DNA from: Sphingomonadales bacterium
GTDB lineage: Bacteria > Pseudomonadota > Alphaproteobacteria > Sphingomonadales > Govanellaceae
NCBI GenBank assembly: GCA_019455285.1
Contig: JACFMS010000014.1
Location: 9,925-73,924, forward strand
DNA: 64,000 bases
Direction: 5' to 3'
Below, one piece after another: positions 19,277 to 29,451 of this stretch. Made by a program: the position numbers and the translations under genes. Under the pieces are notes generated by a model, which worked only from the letters and a program-made list of their open reading frames with translations, was not told the origin of the DNA and made no database searches. Position 1 is the first letter of the stretch; each line of letters begins with the position of its first letter.

Positions 19277-21295
19277 ATGAATCGGCTGGCGACCATCGCG
19301 CTTGCCGCGGCGCTGTTGGCTGTCGGCGCGGCGCGGGCGCAAACGCCACCGCGCTATGACGCGGTCCAACTGCCCGGTCGAGCGGCGAGCGTTGATGCCA
19401 AGGGGGCGGTTCTTTTCGCCGTTGAAACGACCTCGGGAGAATTGAAGCCCGGCTGGTATCGCCGCCATGCCAACGGCGGCATCGAGCGGCTGGAGGGCCT
19501 TGAGCCAACGGATTGGCTCAGCGCGCCCAACCCAGCCGGGACCATCGTCGGCACTCGGCCCATCGGTCCCTTGTGCGCTTCGACGAATGGTTGGGTAAAG
19601 GATGGCAAGCTCTATTGCCATAACCATGCCTTTGTCTGGCGGAACGGCAAGCTGCGCGATTTAGGAACGCTGGATGGTCTTCACACCACCCTGGTCGCCG
19701 TCAACAGCGCGGAGGTCGCCATCGGCGTATTTTCGCACAACTCCAGTGACGGCTCGCAATGCGGCCCAGACTGGGGCGACCAGTCCGTCATGGAAGGATT
19801 GATTTATCAAGGCGGACAGCTTTCGCGCAAACAGCTCCCCGGCGCGGTCTGCGTTGATTTTTCCGATATCAATGATGCCGGCGATATCATCGGGCAGGTC
19901 TCCGACGGGCGTGAATGGCACGGCGTTTTGTTGCGTGACGGCGGTGTTACGCGGCTCGACAATTTCAGCCCGACCGCCATCAATAACAGCGGCGAGATCG
20001 TCGGCGTCATGAAGGACGGATCTGGTCCGGCGATTTATCGTCGCGGATCGTCCGAGCGGATTTCCGGCGCCGTCAAGGGCAGTTGGGCCGACGATATCAA
20101 TGATGCGGGTACTGTTGTGGGGGCGGCGAAGTTCAAAACGGATGGGCCGCTCACCGCCTTCGTCAGTCACCAAGGCCGGGCGGTTGATCTTAACGCGCTG
20201 GTGGACTGGAAAAAAACGCAGTTTGTGAATGGCAAGCCGCCCGTTTTGAATTGGGCCTTTAGAATAGCGCCGCGGGGAGAGATTCTGGTTCGCGCGGAAG
20301 GAAAACAGAATACCACGTACTTATTGATCCCAAAGCCTGACGGCATCGCCGCCGCCGTGCGGCCCGGCGCAGTGTTTGTCTATTCGGTCGGGCGCGGCGG
20401 GCCGGACGCCATGGCCGTTGGCTCAGGCAACGCCGAGAGCACGTTGGTTTATCGCCTGACAAAAGCGGATGCGCAGGGCCTGCGCTTTGATTTCTCGCTG
20501 GCGGCGGCGGTTCCGCTCAAAGGAACGCAAACAGTGGCGGCGGCCGATGCGCAGTCTGCGCAGACGGTGCGCACCGCCCGCGCCAAGGGCGACATCAGCC
20601 AGCTGGGCGCGCTCGCCCTGCCGCGCGTGTCCGATGACGTTTACGCTCAATTAAAGGCGGGCAAGCCGTCATTTCTAACCTTTGACGGCGAAGGCCCTGG
20701 GGCGATTGCGCCGGACGGCGGCGAGGACGTGCCGCTATCCCTCAACGATCGGCCGGTCAAGGTGCGGGCATTGCGGGCGCGCGGCGCCGACGGCTGTCGG
20801 GTGTGGATTGCCGATGACCGCGCTTTCCCCATGTTGTTGCGGCACAACTGCGGCGCCGTCGCTTTCACCGCGACCGGCGTTTATGATCCTGCGCGCGTCG
20901 CTCAGGATTTACTGGCGCGGCTGGAAGCAACCGCCACGGCCGCCACCGGCACGATCCTCTTTGCCTTCAATTCGGCCGCGCTGCAGACGGAATCACTTCC
21001 CATCCTCGATGCGATCGCGGCGCGCATAAAACAGCAGCCGTCCCTGCGGCTCATTGTGGAAGGCCATACCGACAGCATCGGCTCCGCCTCGGCCAATGAG
21101 GCGCTTTCGCTCTCACGCGCCAAGGCGGTCCAGGCCTACCTTGCCCACAAGGCCGGCGTGGACCCCGGCCGGATCGTTGCCAAAGGCCTGGGCGCTTCCC
21201 AGCCGGTGGCCGACAATCGCACCCCTGAAGGCCGCGCCGCCAATCGGCGCTGCGTGCTGCGCATGACCGCCGGTCTGAAGCTGACTAAGCACTAG
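19277..21295 (+). CDS. HAF-repeat extracellular protein with C-terminal OmpA-like peptidoglycan-binding domain
   Basis: Signal peptide MNRLATIALAAALLAVGAARAQ. Repeats of the HAF type (NHAFVWRNGKLRDLGTLDG; DINDAGDIIGQV; INNSGEIVGVM; DINDAGTVVGAA). C-terminal OmpA_C motif (FAFNSAAL...IVEGHTDSIGSASANEALSLSRAKAV...NRR). Confidence 0.82.
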   Translation: MNRLATIALAAALLAVGAARAQTPPRYDAVQLPGRAASVDAKGAVLFAVETTSGELKPGWYRRHANGGIERLEGLEPTDWLSAPNPAGTIVGTRPIGPLCASTNGWVKDGKLYCHNHAFVWRNGKLRDLGTLDGLHTTLVAVNSAEVAIGVFSHNSSDGSQCGPDWGDQSVMEGLIYQGGQLSRKQLPGAVCVDFSDINDAGDIIGQVSDGREWHGVLLRDGGVTRLDNFSPTAINNSGEIVGVMKDGSGPAIYRRGSSERISGAVKGSWADDINDAGTVVGAAKFKTDGPLTAFVSHQGRAVDLNALVDWKKTQFVNGKPPVLNWAFRIAPRGEILVRAEGKQNTTYLLIPKPDGIAAAVRPGAVFVYSVGRGGPDAMAVGSGNAESTLVYRLTKADAQGLRFDFSLAAAVPLKGTQTVAAADAQSAQTVRTARAKGDISQLGALALPRVSDDVYAQLKAGKPSFLTFDGEGPGAIAPDGGEDVPLSLNDRPVKVRALRARGADGCRVWIADDRAFPMLLRHNCGAVAFTATGVYDPARVAQDLLARLEATATAATGTILFAFNSAALQTESLPILDAIAARIKQQPSLRLIVEGHTDSIGSASANEALSLSRAKAVQAYLAHKAGVDPGRIVAKGLGASQPVADNRTPEGRAANRRCVLRMTAGLKLTKH

Positions 21296-21509
21296 GCACC
21301 ATAAGACAAACGCCCGGCTCAGGCTTGCGCCGTGCGGCGGAAAGCCGATTTCATGAAATCGGAAAAAACTTTTCGCCAAGCGGCTTGATCTGCCGCGCGG
21401 CGGCTTTCCAGAACCGCCGAGATCCCGCTTAATTCCCAATTGGGTGTTAAGATGCGTGAACGTTCCCGCAGGACAGGGGGGAACGGGATTTTCAGGGAAA
21501 GGCTCTACC

Positions 21510-23393
21510 ATGCATATCAGGCAAGTGTTCGCGGCATGCCTTCTGTTGGTCATGGCCGGCGCGGCGGCGGCCTCGCCGCCGGTGCGGGTGCTGGAAAACA
21601 CCACCGAGCGGCGGCAGAACGAAATGCTGCCGATGCGCGACGGCGTGCGGCTGTGGACCAGCATCCACTTTCCCAACGGCATGGCGGCAAAAGCCCCGGC
21701 GATCTTGGTGCGAACGCCTTATGCCTTTGAAATGGAAGGCACCTTGGCCCAGGGCATGGTCGCTGACTTCGCCGCCGCCGGCTACATCATCATTTTTCAG
21801 AACGAGCGGGGGCATTTCTGGTCGGAAGGCGAAACCCGGATCATCGCCAACAGCGCCGAGGATGGATACGACACCATCGATTGGATTGCCAAGCAGCCGT
21901 GGTCAAACGGCAAGGTCGGCACCTTCGGCTGCTCCTCTTCCGGCGACAGCCAAGTAAAATTGGCGTCCATGGGACATCCGGCCCATGCTGCGGCGATGAC
22001 CATGTCATCGGGGTCAGCCGTCGGCGTGTTGGGCGCTTTTCATGAACAGGGAGCGTTCTATCGCGGCGGCGTGCCGCAGGTGCCGTGGTGGACGTGGTAT
22101 GCGGCGGCAGGCATCAGCGATTATCCGAAATTCCCCGCCGGCATTTCAGATCATAATCGGGACTGGCTGGCGCATTCCTTGCGCGATTGGCTGGCGAGGA
22201 CGCCTCAGTCCAATTACAACCCTGAAACCGGATACCCTGAGGATGTTCTGGTCAGCCATTTACCCTCCATGGATGTCGTTCGCGCCGTCAATGGCCAAGT
22301 CACCGAGTTTGAAAAATTCATCCGCCGCCAGCCCAATGATCCGGCGTGGGATAAGGAAAGTTTCTTCAACGAAGGCGATCCCTACCGAGTGCCGACCTTA
22401 TGGGTATTCCAGGCCTATGATATCGGGCTCAGCCCAAACGTGGCGGCGTTTGAATATGCCCATGCCACAGCGGAAAAGAGCGACATCAGAGACAGTCAAT
22501 ACATGCTCATATCCGCACTGGGTCATTGCTCCATGTTGACCGAAACTGACCGCACCATAAACGGCGAGCGCTATGTGGGGGACGCCAGATATCCCTACAA
22601 AAAAGCCTTTATTGAGTGGTTTGACCATTGGCTGAAGGACAAGAAAGGGAAGGCGCTGAAAAAGCCGCGAGCGGAAATATATGTTTCTGGGCGCAATCAG
22701 TGGCGGCAGTTCGCCTCCTGGCCGCCGGCCGGCGCGCGGCAAGTCTCCTACTACCTCGATAGCGAGGGCCGCGCCAACAGCCGGCATGGCGATGGACGGC
22801 TGAGGGACGCGGCGGCGGCAATCGCGCGCCAGGACGCCTATGAGTACAATCCCCGCTACCCGGTGCCCTCGGCGGGCGGCGACGTATGTTGCGTGGGACC
22901 GAAATATCAGCCGGGAAGCTTTGATCAGTCGCAACTGGAGGCGCGGGATGATGTTCTCGTCTACACTTCAGAACCTTTGCCGCAACCGTTGGAGGTGGTC
23001 GGTTTCGTCGAGGCGGTGATTTATGTCTCGTCCGATGCGCCGGATACGGATTTTACCGCCAAGTTAGTGGATGTGGACGCCGAGGGCCGAGCTTACAACG
23101 TCGGCGACAGCATTCAGCGGGCGCGCTGGCGGGAAGGCTATGATAAACCGAAGATGATGGAAAAGAGTGGCGTTTATGAACTGCGCATCGGGCCGTTCTT
23201 CGTCGCCAATCGCTTCAACGCCGGCCACCGTCTGCGCGTGGACATCACCAGCAGCAACTTTCCCCGCTATGAACGCAACCTCAACACCGGCGGCAATAAT
23301 TTCGATGAGGCGGTGGGGCGCACGGCGCGCAACGTGATCCATCACGGGTCGCAATATCCGTCGCGGATCATCCTACCGGCGCTGGCTGAATAG
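21510..23393 (+). CDS. CocE/NonD family (peptidase S15-like) hydrolase, Sec-exported
   Basis: MHIRQVFAACLLLVMAGAAAASPP signal. RTPY...nucleophile region GTFGCSSSGD...; C-terminal X-Pro dipeptidyl-peptidase C-domain-like part (VTSSNFPRYERNLNTGG). Confidence 0.86.
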   Translation: MHIRQVFAACLLLVMAGAAAASPPVRVLENTTERRQNEMLPMRDGVRLWTSIHFPNGMAAKAPAILVRTPYAFEMEGTLAQGMVADFAAAGYIIIFQNERGHFWSEGETRIIANSAEDGYDTIDWIAKQPWSNGKVGTFGCSSSGDSQVKLASMGHPAHAAAMTMSSGSAVGVLGAFHEQGAFYRGGVPQVPWWTWYAAAGISDYPKFPAGISDHNRDWLAHSLRDWLARTPQSNYNPETGYPEDVLVSHLPSMDVVRAVNGQVTEFEKFIRRQPNDPAWDKESFFNEGDPYRVPTLWVFQAYDIGLSPNVAAFEYAHATAEKSDIRDSQYMLISALGHCSMLTETDRTINGERYVGDARYPYKKAFIEWFDHWLKDKKGKALKKPRAEIYVSGRNQWRQFASWPPAGARQVSYYLDSEGRANSRHGDGRLRDAAAAIARQDAYEYNPRYPVPSAGGDVCCVGPKYQPGSFDQSQLEARDDVLVYTSEPLPQPLEVVGFVEAVIYVSSDAPDTDFTAKLVDVDAEGRAYNVGDSIQRARWREGYDKPKMMEKSGVYELRIGPFFVANRFNAGHRLRVDITSSNFPRYERNLNTGGNNFDEAVGRTARNVIHHGSQYPSRIILPALAE

Positions 23394-23688
23394 TAGGACA
23401 GATTGGCCCATCAGCTGCTGCAGAACCAGTAAATATCGCGCTATTTCAAAGCGGTAGCGGCGGCCAACTTGATCGCGCGTGAGCCGGCTTTCGGTAGGTT
23501 ATTTTTCGGGCCTGCGCTGGCAAGTTCAGACGGCGTTCGGCAATGAATTGTCCGCCTGCCCTGTCCAATCGCCTCATTTTTCGGTCCTCTTTCAAGAGGC
23601 AGTCGCCAAGGCTTGTGTTCTAATGCAGCGGCGCAATCCTTGCCTGGCGCAGGGTGTTTCGGGAACTTTATGGCGGGAGGAAAAATAC

Positions 23689-25914
23689 ATGAAGAGAACA
23701 AGCGTTTCAGTCACGGCTATCAAGTACGGCGCTTCGAGCATCGCCGCTTTGAGCGTGGCGTTCGGCATCCTGGCGTCCGCCAACGCGGCGGAGGATAAGC
23801 TCGCCCTGGAGGAAGTGCTCGTCACCGCCTCCAAGCGCGGTTTTGCCGAGACGCTGCAAAGCGTGCCCTTAAGCATTCAGGCCTTGACCGAACGCACCCT
23901 GGAGCAGGCGGGGGCCAAGGACTTTTTCGATTTTGCCCGCATGGCGCCCAGCGTGTCGGTGGTGGATCAGGGCATCGGCTCCGCCCAGGTGTCGATCCGC
24001 GGCGTGCGCGTCGGCGTCATCCCGGCGCAGACCACCCAGGAAAAGCCGCTGACCAGCATCTATTATGACGACCTGCCGGTGTCTTTCGCCAATTTCAACC
24101 CCAACCTCGATCTCTTCGACGTGCAGCGGGTGGAAGTGCTGCGCGGGCCGCAAGGTACGCTTTATGGCGCCGGCGCCATGGGCGGCAATATCCGCTTCGT
24201 CACCAACCGCGCCAATCTTACAGACTGGGAGGTGAAGGGCGAGGGCACCATCGCCACCATCCGTCACGGCGGCGAGATATATGACCTGAAAGGTCTGGTC
24301 AACGCGCCGGTGGTGGAAGATAGACTGGCGCTGCGCATCACCGGCACCATGAATTGGGACGACGGCTACATCGACAACGTGTTCCTTGGGGAAAAAGATT
24401 GGAACAGAAGCCGCCGCAAGGGGGTGCGGGCGTCCGCCTTGTTCCAGCCCAGCGAGGACTTGTCGATCATCGCCAATTTCATCTACCAGGATATGGAGTT
24501 CGATCACGGCCGCGGCCAGATCAACATTCCGGGGCTGAGAAACCCCACCCAAAGCTATTACAGCGCGTTGCCGTTCTTGGATGAGATCGCGATCTATAAC
24601 CTGACCGTGGAATATGATCTTGGCTGGGCCAATTTCTTCTCCTCCTCGTCGTACTATGATCGCAACATGAATGAGTCCGGTACGGTACAGGAGCTCATGG
24701 AAGCATATTTCGGCGTCCAGTCGCCCTATCCCAACCGGGTGTTGTGGGACAATCGGGATTTCGTGCAGGAATTCCGCCTCACCTCACCGCAAGAACAACG
24801 GTTGACCTGGGTGGTTGGCGCATTTTACGCCAATCAGAAAACCGACTACATGCAGGACTTCACGTACCCGGGGTTTGGCGAGATGTTTGAGATGCCAACC
24901 GATATTTACGGCGCGCCGGAGGACGTGCTGTTTTACGGCGATGTCAGCAACCGCCAGAAGCAGTATGCGCTATTTGGCGAGGCGACCTATAATATAACCG
25001 ATGACTTGCATTTCACCGCCGGTCTTCGTTGGTTTGACTGGAAGCAAAAATTCGATCTCTTGTACGCCGGATTTTTCCAGGGTGGACTTTATCCCCTGGT
25101 CGATAAAACCTCGGCCAATAAATTCACGCCCAAATTCACGTTGTCCTATAAGGGCAGTGACGATTGGATGGTCTACGCCACCGCCGCCAAGGGCTATCGC
25201 CTGGGTGGCATGAACGACCCGGTGCCGTCGGATCTTTGCGCCGATGACTTGAACGAAGTCGGCCTGACGGAAGCGCCCACCACCTTTGCTCCCGACAGCC
25301 TGTGGAGCTATGAGCTGGGTGCCAAGACGCAGTGGTTCGAACGCCGCATGACCTTGAACGCCGCCCTGTTCTATATCGACTGGACCGCCGTTCAAACCCT
25401 GAAACGGCTGCCCAATTGCGGCTTCTACTTCACCGAGAACGTCGGCAAGGTGGAAAGCAAGGGCATCGAGGTCGAGATGGTCGCCATGCCGGTGCGCGGA
25501 CTGACGGTGATGCTCAGCGGCACCTATACCGATGCGACGTTGGCCGAGGATGTGCCGAACCTGTTTGGCGTCGAGGGCGATCGCGTGCCCTATGTGCCGA
25601 AATTCGCGCTCAGCGCCTCGGTGGAATACATGCAGCCCATCGCCAACTCGATGGATGGCTACATCCGCTTCGATTTGCAACATGTCGGCCATCGCAATAC
25701 CGAGTTCAACGAAGCGCTGGGCATCGACATGGATTCCTATCAAATCGGCAACGTCCATGTCGGCGTGCAGATGGAGAAATGGGAAGTCGCCTTGTTTGTG
25801 AAGAATATCTGGGACAAGCGGGCGATATTGAGCGCCGAAAACAACTTCGGCATCGATAACTGGACCATTGAACGGCCGCGCACCATCGGTTTGACGGTCC
25901 GGGCGCACTACTAA
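23689..25914 (+). CDS. TonB-dependent receptor
   Basis: Start at MKRTSVSV (GGGAGGA upstream). Signal peptide, TonB-box/plug (LEEVLVTASKRG...VEVLRGPQGTLYGAGAMGG), beta-barrel repeats and a terminal aromatic residue (RAHY). Confidence 0.92.
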   Translation: MKRTSVSVTAIKYGASSIAALSVAFGILASANAAEDKLALEEVLVTASKRGFAETLQSVPLSIQALTERTLEQAGAKDFFDFARMAPSVSVVDQGIGSAQVSIRGVRVGVIPAQTTQEKPLTSIYYDDLPVSFANFNPNLDLFDVQRVEVLRGPQGTLYGAGAMGGNIRFVTNRANLTDWEVKGEGTIATIRHGGEIYDLKGLVNAPVVEDRLALRITGTMNWDDGYIDNVFLGEKDWNRSRRKGVRASALFQPSEDLSIIANFIYQDMEFDHGRGQINIPGLRNPTQSYYSALPFLDEIAIYNLTVEYDLGWANFFSSSSYYDRNMNESGTVQELMEAYFGVQSPYPNRVLWDNRDFVQEFRLTSPQEQRLTWVVGAFYANQKTDYMQDFTYPGFGEMFEMPTDIYGAPEDVLFYGDVSNRQKQYALFGEATYNITDDLHFTAGLRWFDWKQKFDLLYAGFFQGGLYPLVDKTSANKFTPKFTLSYKGSDDWMVYATAAKGYRLGGMNDPVPSDLCADDLNEVGLTEAPTTFAPDSLWSYELGAKTQWFERRMTLNAALFYIDWTAVQTLKRLPNCGFYFTENVGKVESKGIEVEMVAMPVRGLTVMLSGTYTDATLAEDVPNLFGVEGDRVPYVPKFALSASVEYMQPIANSMDGYIRFDLQHVGHRNTEFNEALGIDMDSYQIGNVHVGVQMEKWEVALFVKNIWDKRAILSAENNFGIDNWTIERPRTIGLTVRAHY

Positions 25915-25936
25915 ATATTATTATCGCCGGTTCTGA

Positions 25937-28129
25937 ATGAAGGGAGCGCCATCCATGCCATGTGAGGATCATGATCCAGTGGCCATGGTTAGGCGCTCCT
26001 TGACCCGGCGGCGCTTCCTGCAATCGGCGAGCCTGGCGGCGCTGGCCGCCGGCGCTTTGGGCGGCGCGGCGACGGAAAGCTTGTTCCGTCCCGCCCGGGC
26101 GCAAATCGTCACAACCGCGACCAAGGTGCGGGAGATTGAGAACGTCTGGATTCCCATGCCCGACGGCGCGCGGCTGGCGGCGCGCCTCTGGCTGCCCGAG
26201 GGCGCGGACCAAAATCCCGTGCCCGCCATTTGGAACTACTGTCCTTATTTCAAGCGCAGCTTCACCCGGCTAGGCGATGACATGCGCTTTCCCTATTACG
26301 CGGCGCGCGGTTATGCCTGCGTGCGGGTCGATATCCGCGGCTCCGGCGATTCCGACGGCCGGCCGATGGATGAATACGTCAAGCAAGAGCAAGACGACGC
26401 CCTGGAGGTGATCAAGTGGATCGCCGCGCAGCCCTGGTGCAGCGGCGCGGTGGGCATGGAAGGCATTTCCTGGAGCGGCTTTAACTCCTTGCAGGTGGCG
26501 GCGCGTCGCCCGCCGGCGTTGAAAGCCATCATCACCCACTGCTCCACCGATGATCGCTACGCCGATGACGCCCATTACAAAGGCGGCTGCATTCTCCACG
26601 ATCAGTTCAACTGGGGCACCATGTTCTGGACCATCCAGGGCCAACCCTCGGACCCGGAAATTACCGGCTCGGAAGGGTGGAAAGAACGCTGGCTTGAGCG
26701 CCTCAATGCGGTTGAGCTAAATCTGGGCACGTGGCTTACTCACCAGACGCGGGACGATTTTTGGAAGCATGCTTCGGTCTGCGAAGATTACAGTCAGATC
26801 CAATGTCCGGTGTACGCCATCGGCGGCTGGGTCGATGCCTACAAGAATACGGTGTTTCGGCTGCTGGAGAACCTCAAGGCTCCCGCCAAGGGTTTGGTCG
26901 GGCCGTGGACTCACACTTATCCGCACACCGGCGTGCCGGGGCCGGCCATCGGCTATCTCGATGAGGCGCTGCGGTGGTGGGATCATTGGCTGAAGGGCGT
27001 TGACACCGGCATCATGAGCGAGCCCAAGCTGCGGCTCTGGATGCAAGATAAAGCGGCGGCGGAAGACATGAAGGAAACGCCGGGCCGCTGGGTGGCGGAA
27101 GAGTCATGGCCGTCATCGCGCATCCGCAATAAAAGCTATGTCCTCAATGCCGGCGGCCGGCTGGAGGAAAAAACCAAAGGCGAGGCCAGGCTCGATCTTT
27201 CGCCCTTGCAAACGGTCGGGCTGTCGTCGGGCAACTGGTGTCCATCCGGCGGCACGTCGCCGGAGGATTTACGCATCGAATTGGCGCAAGATCAACGCCT
27301 GGACGATGCGCGCTCGCTGACCTTCGACAGCGAACCGTTGACGCGCGACATGGAAATTCTTGGCGCGCCGACGGTGACGCTGGAGCTGTCGGTGGACAGG
27401 CCGGTGGCGTTCGTGGCGGTGCGCTTAAACGAGGTATGGCCGTCCGGAGAGTCCAACCGCGCCACCTATGGCATTTTCAATCTGACCCATCGCGACAGCC
27501 ACGAATTTCCCGAAGCGCTGGAGCCGGGCCGTCGCTACAAGGTTACCATCAAGCTCGATCATACGGCGCATACATTCAGCGCCGGCAATCGAATCCGCGT
27601 GGCGGTTTCAACCTCCTATTGGCCGATGATCCTGCCGTCGCCGGAGCCGGTGACGTTGTCGCTCTATGCCGGCGCCAGCAAGCTCACGCTGCCGATGCGG
27701 CCGCCGCGCCTGGCGGATCGCAGCTTGCAGGATTTTGGCCCGCCGGTGGTGCCCGATATCGCCGCCAAGCTTGGCGAGCCAAAGCCGGGCGAGCGGGTGG
27801 TGGAATGGGATGTCGCCCGCAGCAAGCAAACCATTCGCCATACCGGCGCCAGGGAACAGGCGCTCATCCTCGCCACCAATACGGAAATATACTCCGCCAA
27901 TGACATCACCTACGAGATTGCTGACCATGATCCCACCAGCGCCATGATCGAGCAGCGCTGCATGATGGGCAGCGCCCGCGGCGATTGGCGGCCGCAGGTT
28001 CATTCCACCGCCCGCATCACCATGACCAAGGATGAGTTGATCCTGGTCGGGGAAATGAACGCCTATTATGGCGAGGAAAAAGTGTTTTCGCGCACCTGGG
28101 AGCGCAAAGTGCCGCGCCGCCTGGTGTAG
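25937..28129 (+). CDS. CocE/NonD family hydrolase with twin-arginine signal
   Basis: SLTRRRFLQSASLAALAAGALGGAA Tat motif. YCPYFKR..., GISWSGFN nucleophile region, and the same C-terminal domain type (VAVSTSYWPMILPSP). The start could be 25937, 25955 or 25985. Confidence 0.86.
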   Translation: MKGAPSMPCEDHDPVAMVRRSLTRRRFLQSASLAALAAGALGGAATESLFRPARAQIVTTATKVREIENVWIPMPDGARLAARLWLPEGADQNPVPAIWNYCPYFKRSFTRLGDDMRFPYYAARGYACVRVDIRGSGDSDGRPMDEYVKQEQDDALEVIKWIAAQPWCSGAVGMEGISWSGFNSLQVAARRPPALKAIITHCSTDDRYADDAHYKGGCILHDQFNWGTMFWTIQGQPSDPEITGSEGWKERWLERLNAVELNLGTWLTHQTRDDFWKHASVCEDYSQIQCPVYAIGGWVDAYKNTVFRLLENLKAPAKGLVGPWTHTYPHTGVPGPAIGYLDEALRWWDHWLKGVDTGIMSEPKLRLWMQDKAAAEDMKETPGRWVAEESWPSSRIRNKSYVLNAGGRLEEKTKGEARLDLSPLQTVGLSSGNWCPSGGTSPEDLRIELAQDQRLDDARSLTFDSEPLTRDMEILGAPTVTLELSVDRPVAFVAVRLNEVWPSGESNRATYGIFNLTHRDSHEFPEALEPGRRYKVTIKLDHTAHTFSAGNRIRVAVSTSYWPMILPSPEPVTLSLYAGASKLTLPMRPPRLADRSLQDFGPPVVPDIAAKLGEPKPGERVVEWDVARSKQTIRHTGAREQALILATNTEIYSANDITYEIADHDPTSAMIEQRCMMGSARGDWRPQVHSTARITMTKDELILVGEMNAYYGEEKVFSRTWERKVPRRLV

Positions 28130-28213
28130 CCGGTGCGACCATTCCCTCTTTTGTATAAAAATTGATTCTGCGGGCGATTTCCCGTACCCTCTAGGCCAGC
28201 AGAGGGCCCCCCA

Positions 28214-29293
28214 TTGTCGCAAGGCTTTGCATCAACGTCGAAAAACTGGGTTGAGAATGGCCCGGCGATCGCCCGCGCTCCCTTGGTGGGCGGCGCGGCG
28301 CGCCTGCAAGACGCCTTTGAGCTCATTGATACCGCCATCGACGCCAGCCGCCTTTATACCTTGGAGCGCTCCGATTTCCGGCTGGCCGGCGCGCGCTTCG
28401 ATATTTCCCGGCAGGAAGGGCGGGGATATTGGGAGTTCCTGCGGCTGGCCAAGGATCTCTTCGTCATCATCAGCGATATGACCTATCGCGACAAGGTGCC
28501 GGTGCAGGTGCCGGGCGAGGATTTCATCGAATTTCATTTCCACTTCAGCGGTCGCCTCAGCCTGATGCCGGCGCCGGACGCCGCGCCCATCGACGTCCAG
28601 GGGCCGAGCCTGTTGATCTGGCGTCAGGCATCGGGCTGCGACATTACCGAATATATCCATGGCGGGCTGCGTGACACCACGCTGACGGTCTATTGCCGAC
28701 GCTCCGCGCTTGATCGCTATTTCGGCCGCTATGTGGAAACCCTGCCGTCAAATATCCTCAACTGTGAGGACGTCGGCTTTTTGCGCATGCCGATCTATCC
28801 CAAGCTTGCCACCAAAGTCAGCAATATCATTCGCTCGCCTTATGATGGCGCGCTGCGGCTGGTGTCCAGCGAGGCCATGGTGGTGGAGATGTTGTGCGAA
28901 GTGATGTCCATGATGCAGGCGCATCAGCAGGATACCGAGTCCAGCCTCAGCCTCTCGGACCGCGACATCAGATGCCTGCAAAAGGCGCAGGAAATGTTGC
29001 TCGAACGCCATACGCCGCCGCCCACCATCCAGGATATCGCCCACAATGTCGGCATGAGCACCACCAAGCTCAAATCGGGTTTTCGGGCGATCTTCGGCAA
29101 GACCATTCACGAATACGCCCATGACCTGCGCATGGATTACGCCTGCGATCTGTTGAAAAACCGCGACATTCCCATTGCCGCGGTGTCGGAAATGCTGGGT
29201 TATGAGTATCAGAACAGCTTCACCGTCGCCTTCAAGAAACACCATGGCGTCTTGCCCAAGGAATATCGGCGCTCGCCTTTTGACGCTTCTTAG
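28214..29293 (+). CDS. AraC family transcriptional regulator
   Basis: C-terminal double HTH (IQDIAHNVGMSTTKLKSGFRAIFGKTIHEYAHDLRMDYACDLL...IAAVSEMLGYEYQNSFTVAFKKHHGVLPKEY). The N-terminal sensor domain is unassigned and the start is uncertain. Confidence 0.85.
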   Translation: MSQGFASTSKNWVENGPAIARAPLVGGAARLQDAFELIDTAIDASRLYTLERSDFRLAGARFDISRQEGRGYWEFLRLAKDLFVIISDMTYRDKVPVQVPGEDFIEFHFHFSGRLSLMPAPDAAPIDVQGPSLLIWRQASGCDITEYIHGGLRDTTLTVYCRRSALDRYFGRYVETLPSNILNCEDVGFLRMPIYPKLATKVSNIIRSPYDGALRLVSSEAMVVEMLCEVMSMMQAHQQDTESSLSLSDRDIRCLQKAQEMLLERHTPPPTIQDIAHNVGMSTTKLKSGFRAIFGKTIHEYAHDLRMDYACDLLKNRDIPIAAVSEMLGYEYQNSFTVAFKKHHGVLPKEYRRSPFDAS

Positions 29294-29451
29294 AATTTAG
29301 CGCCCTGCCCTTGGTTGCCCGGTTTTTTTGCCGGTCATCATAAAAGTTATTGCTCCCCCCTTAAAACGGCCATCGGTTAATTCCCTATAGTCAGGGTCGA
29401 TGCTTGTCGGTTTGCGTCCATTAGGTTGATGGGGGGTCACGGACTTTGACC

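Noticed and set aside
21345-21362. Perfect 18-nt palindrome CCGATTTCATGAAATCGG as an intrinsic terminator of the OmpA-domain gene.
   Set aside because: No U-run follows it; A6 follows instead. It is more likely a protein-binding site and is mentioned under the catabolic-locus finding only.
23394-23688. The 295-nt leader of the first TonB receptor as a riboswitch (cobalamin or TPP).
   Set aside because: I could not find a B12-box or a THI-box-like conserved core by eye, so there is no support without a covariance-model scan.
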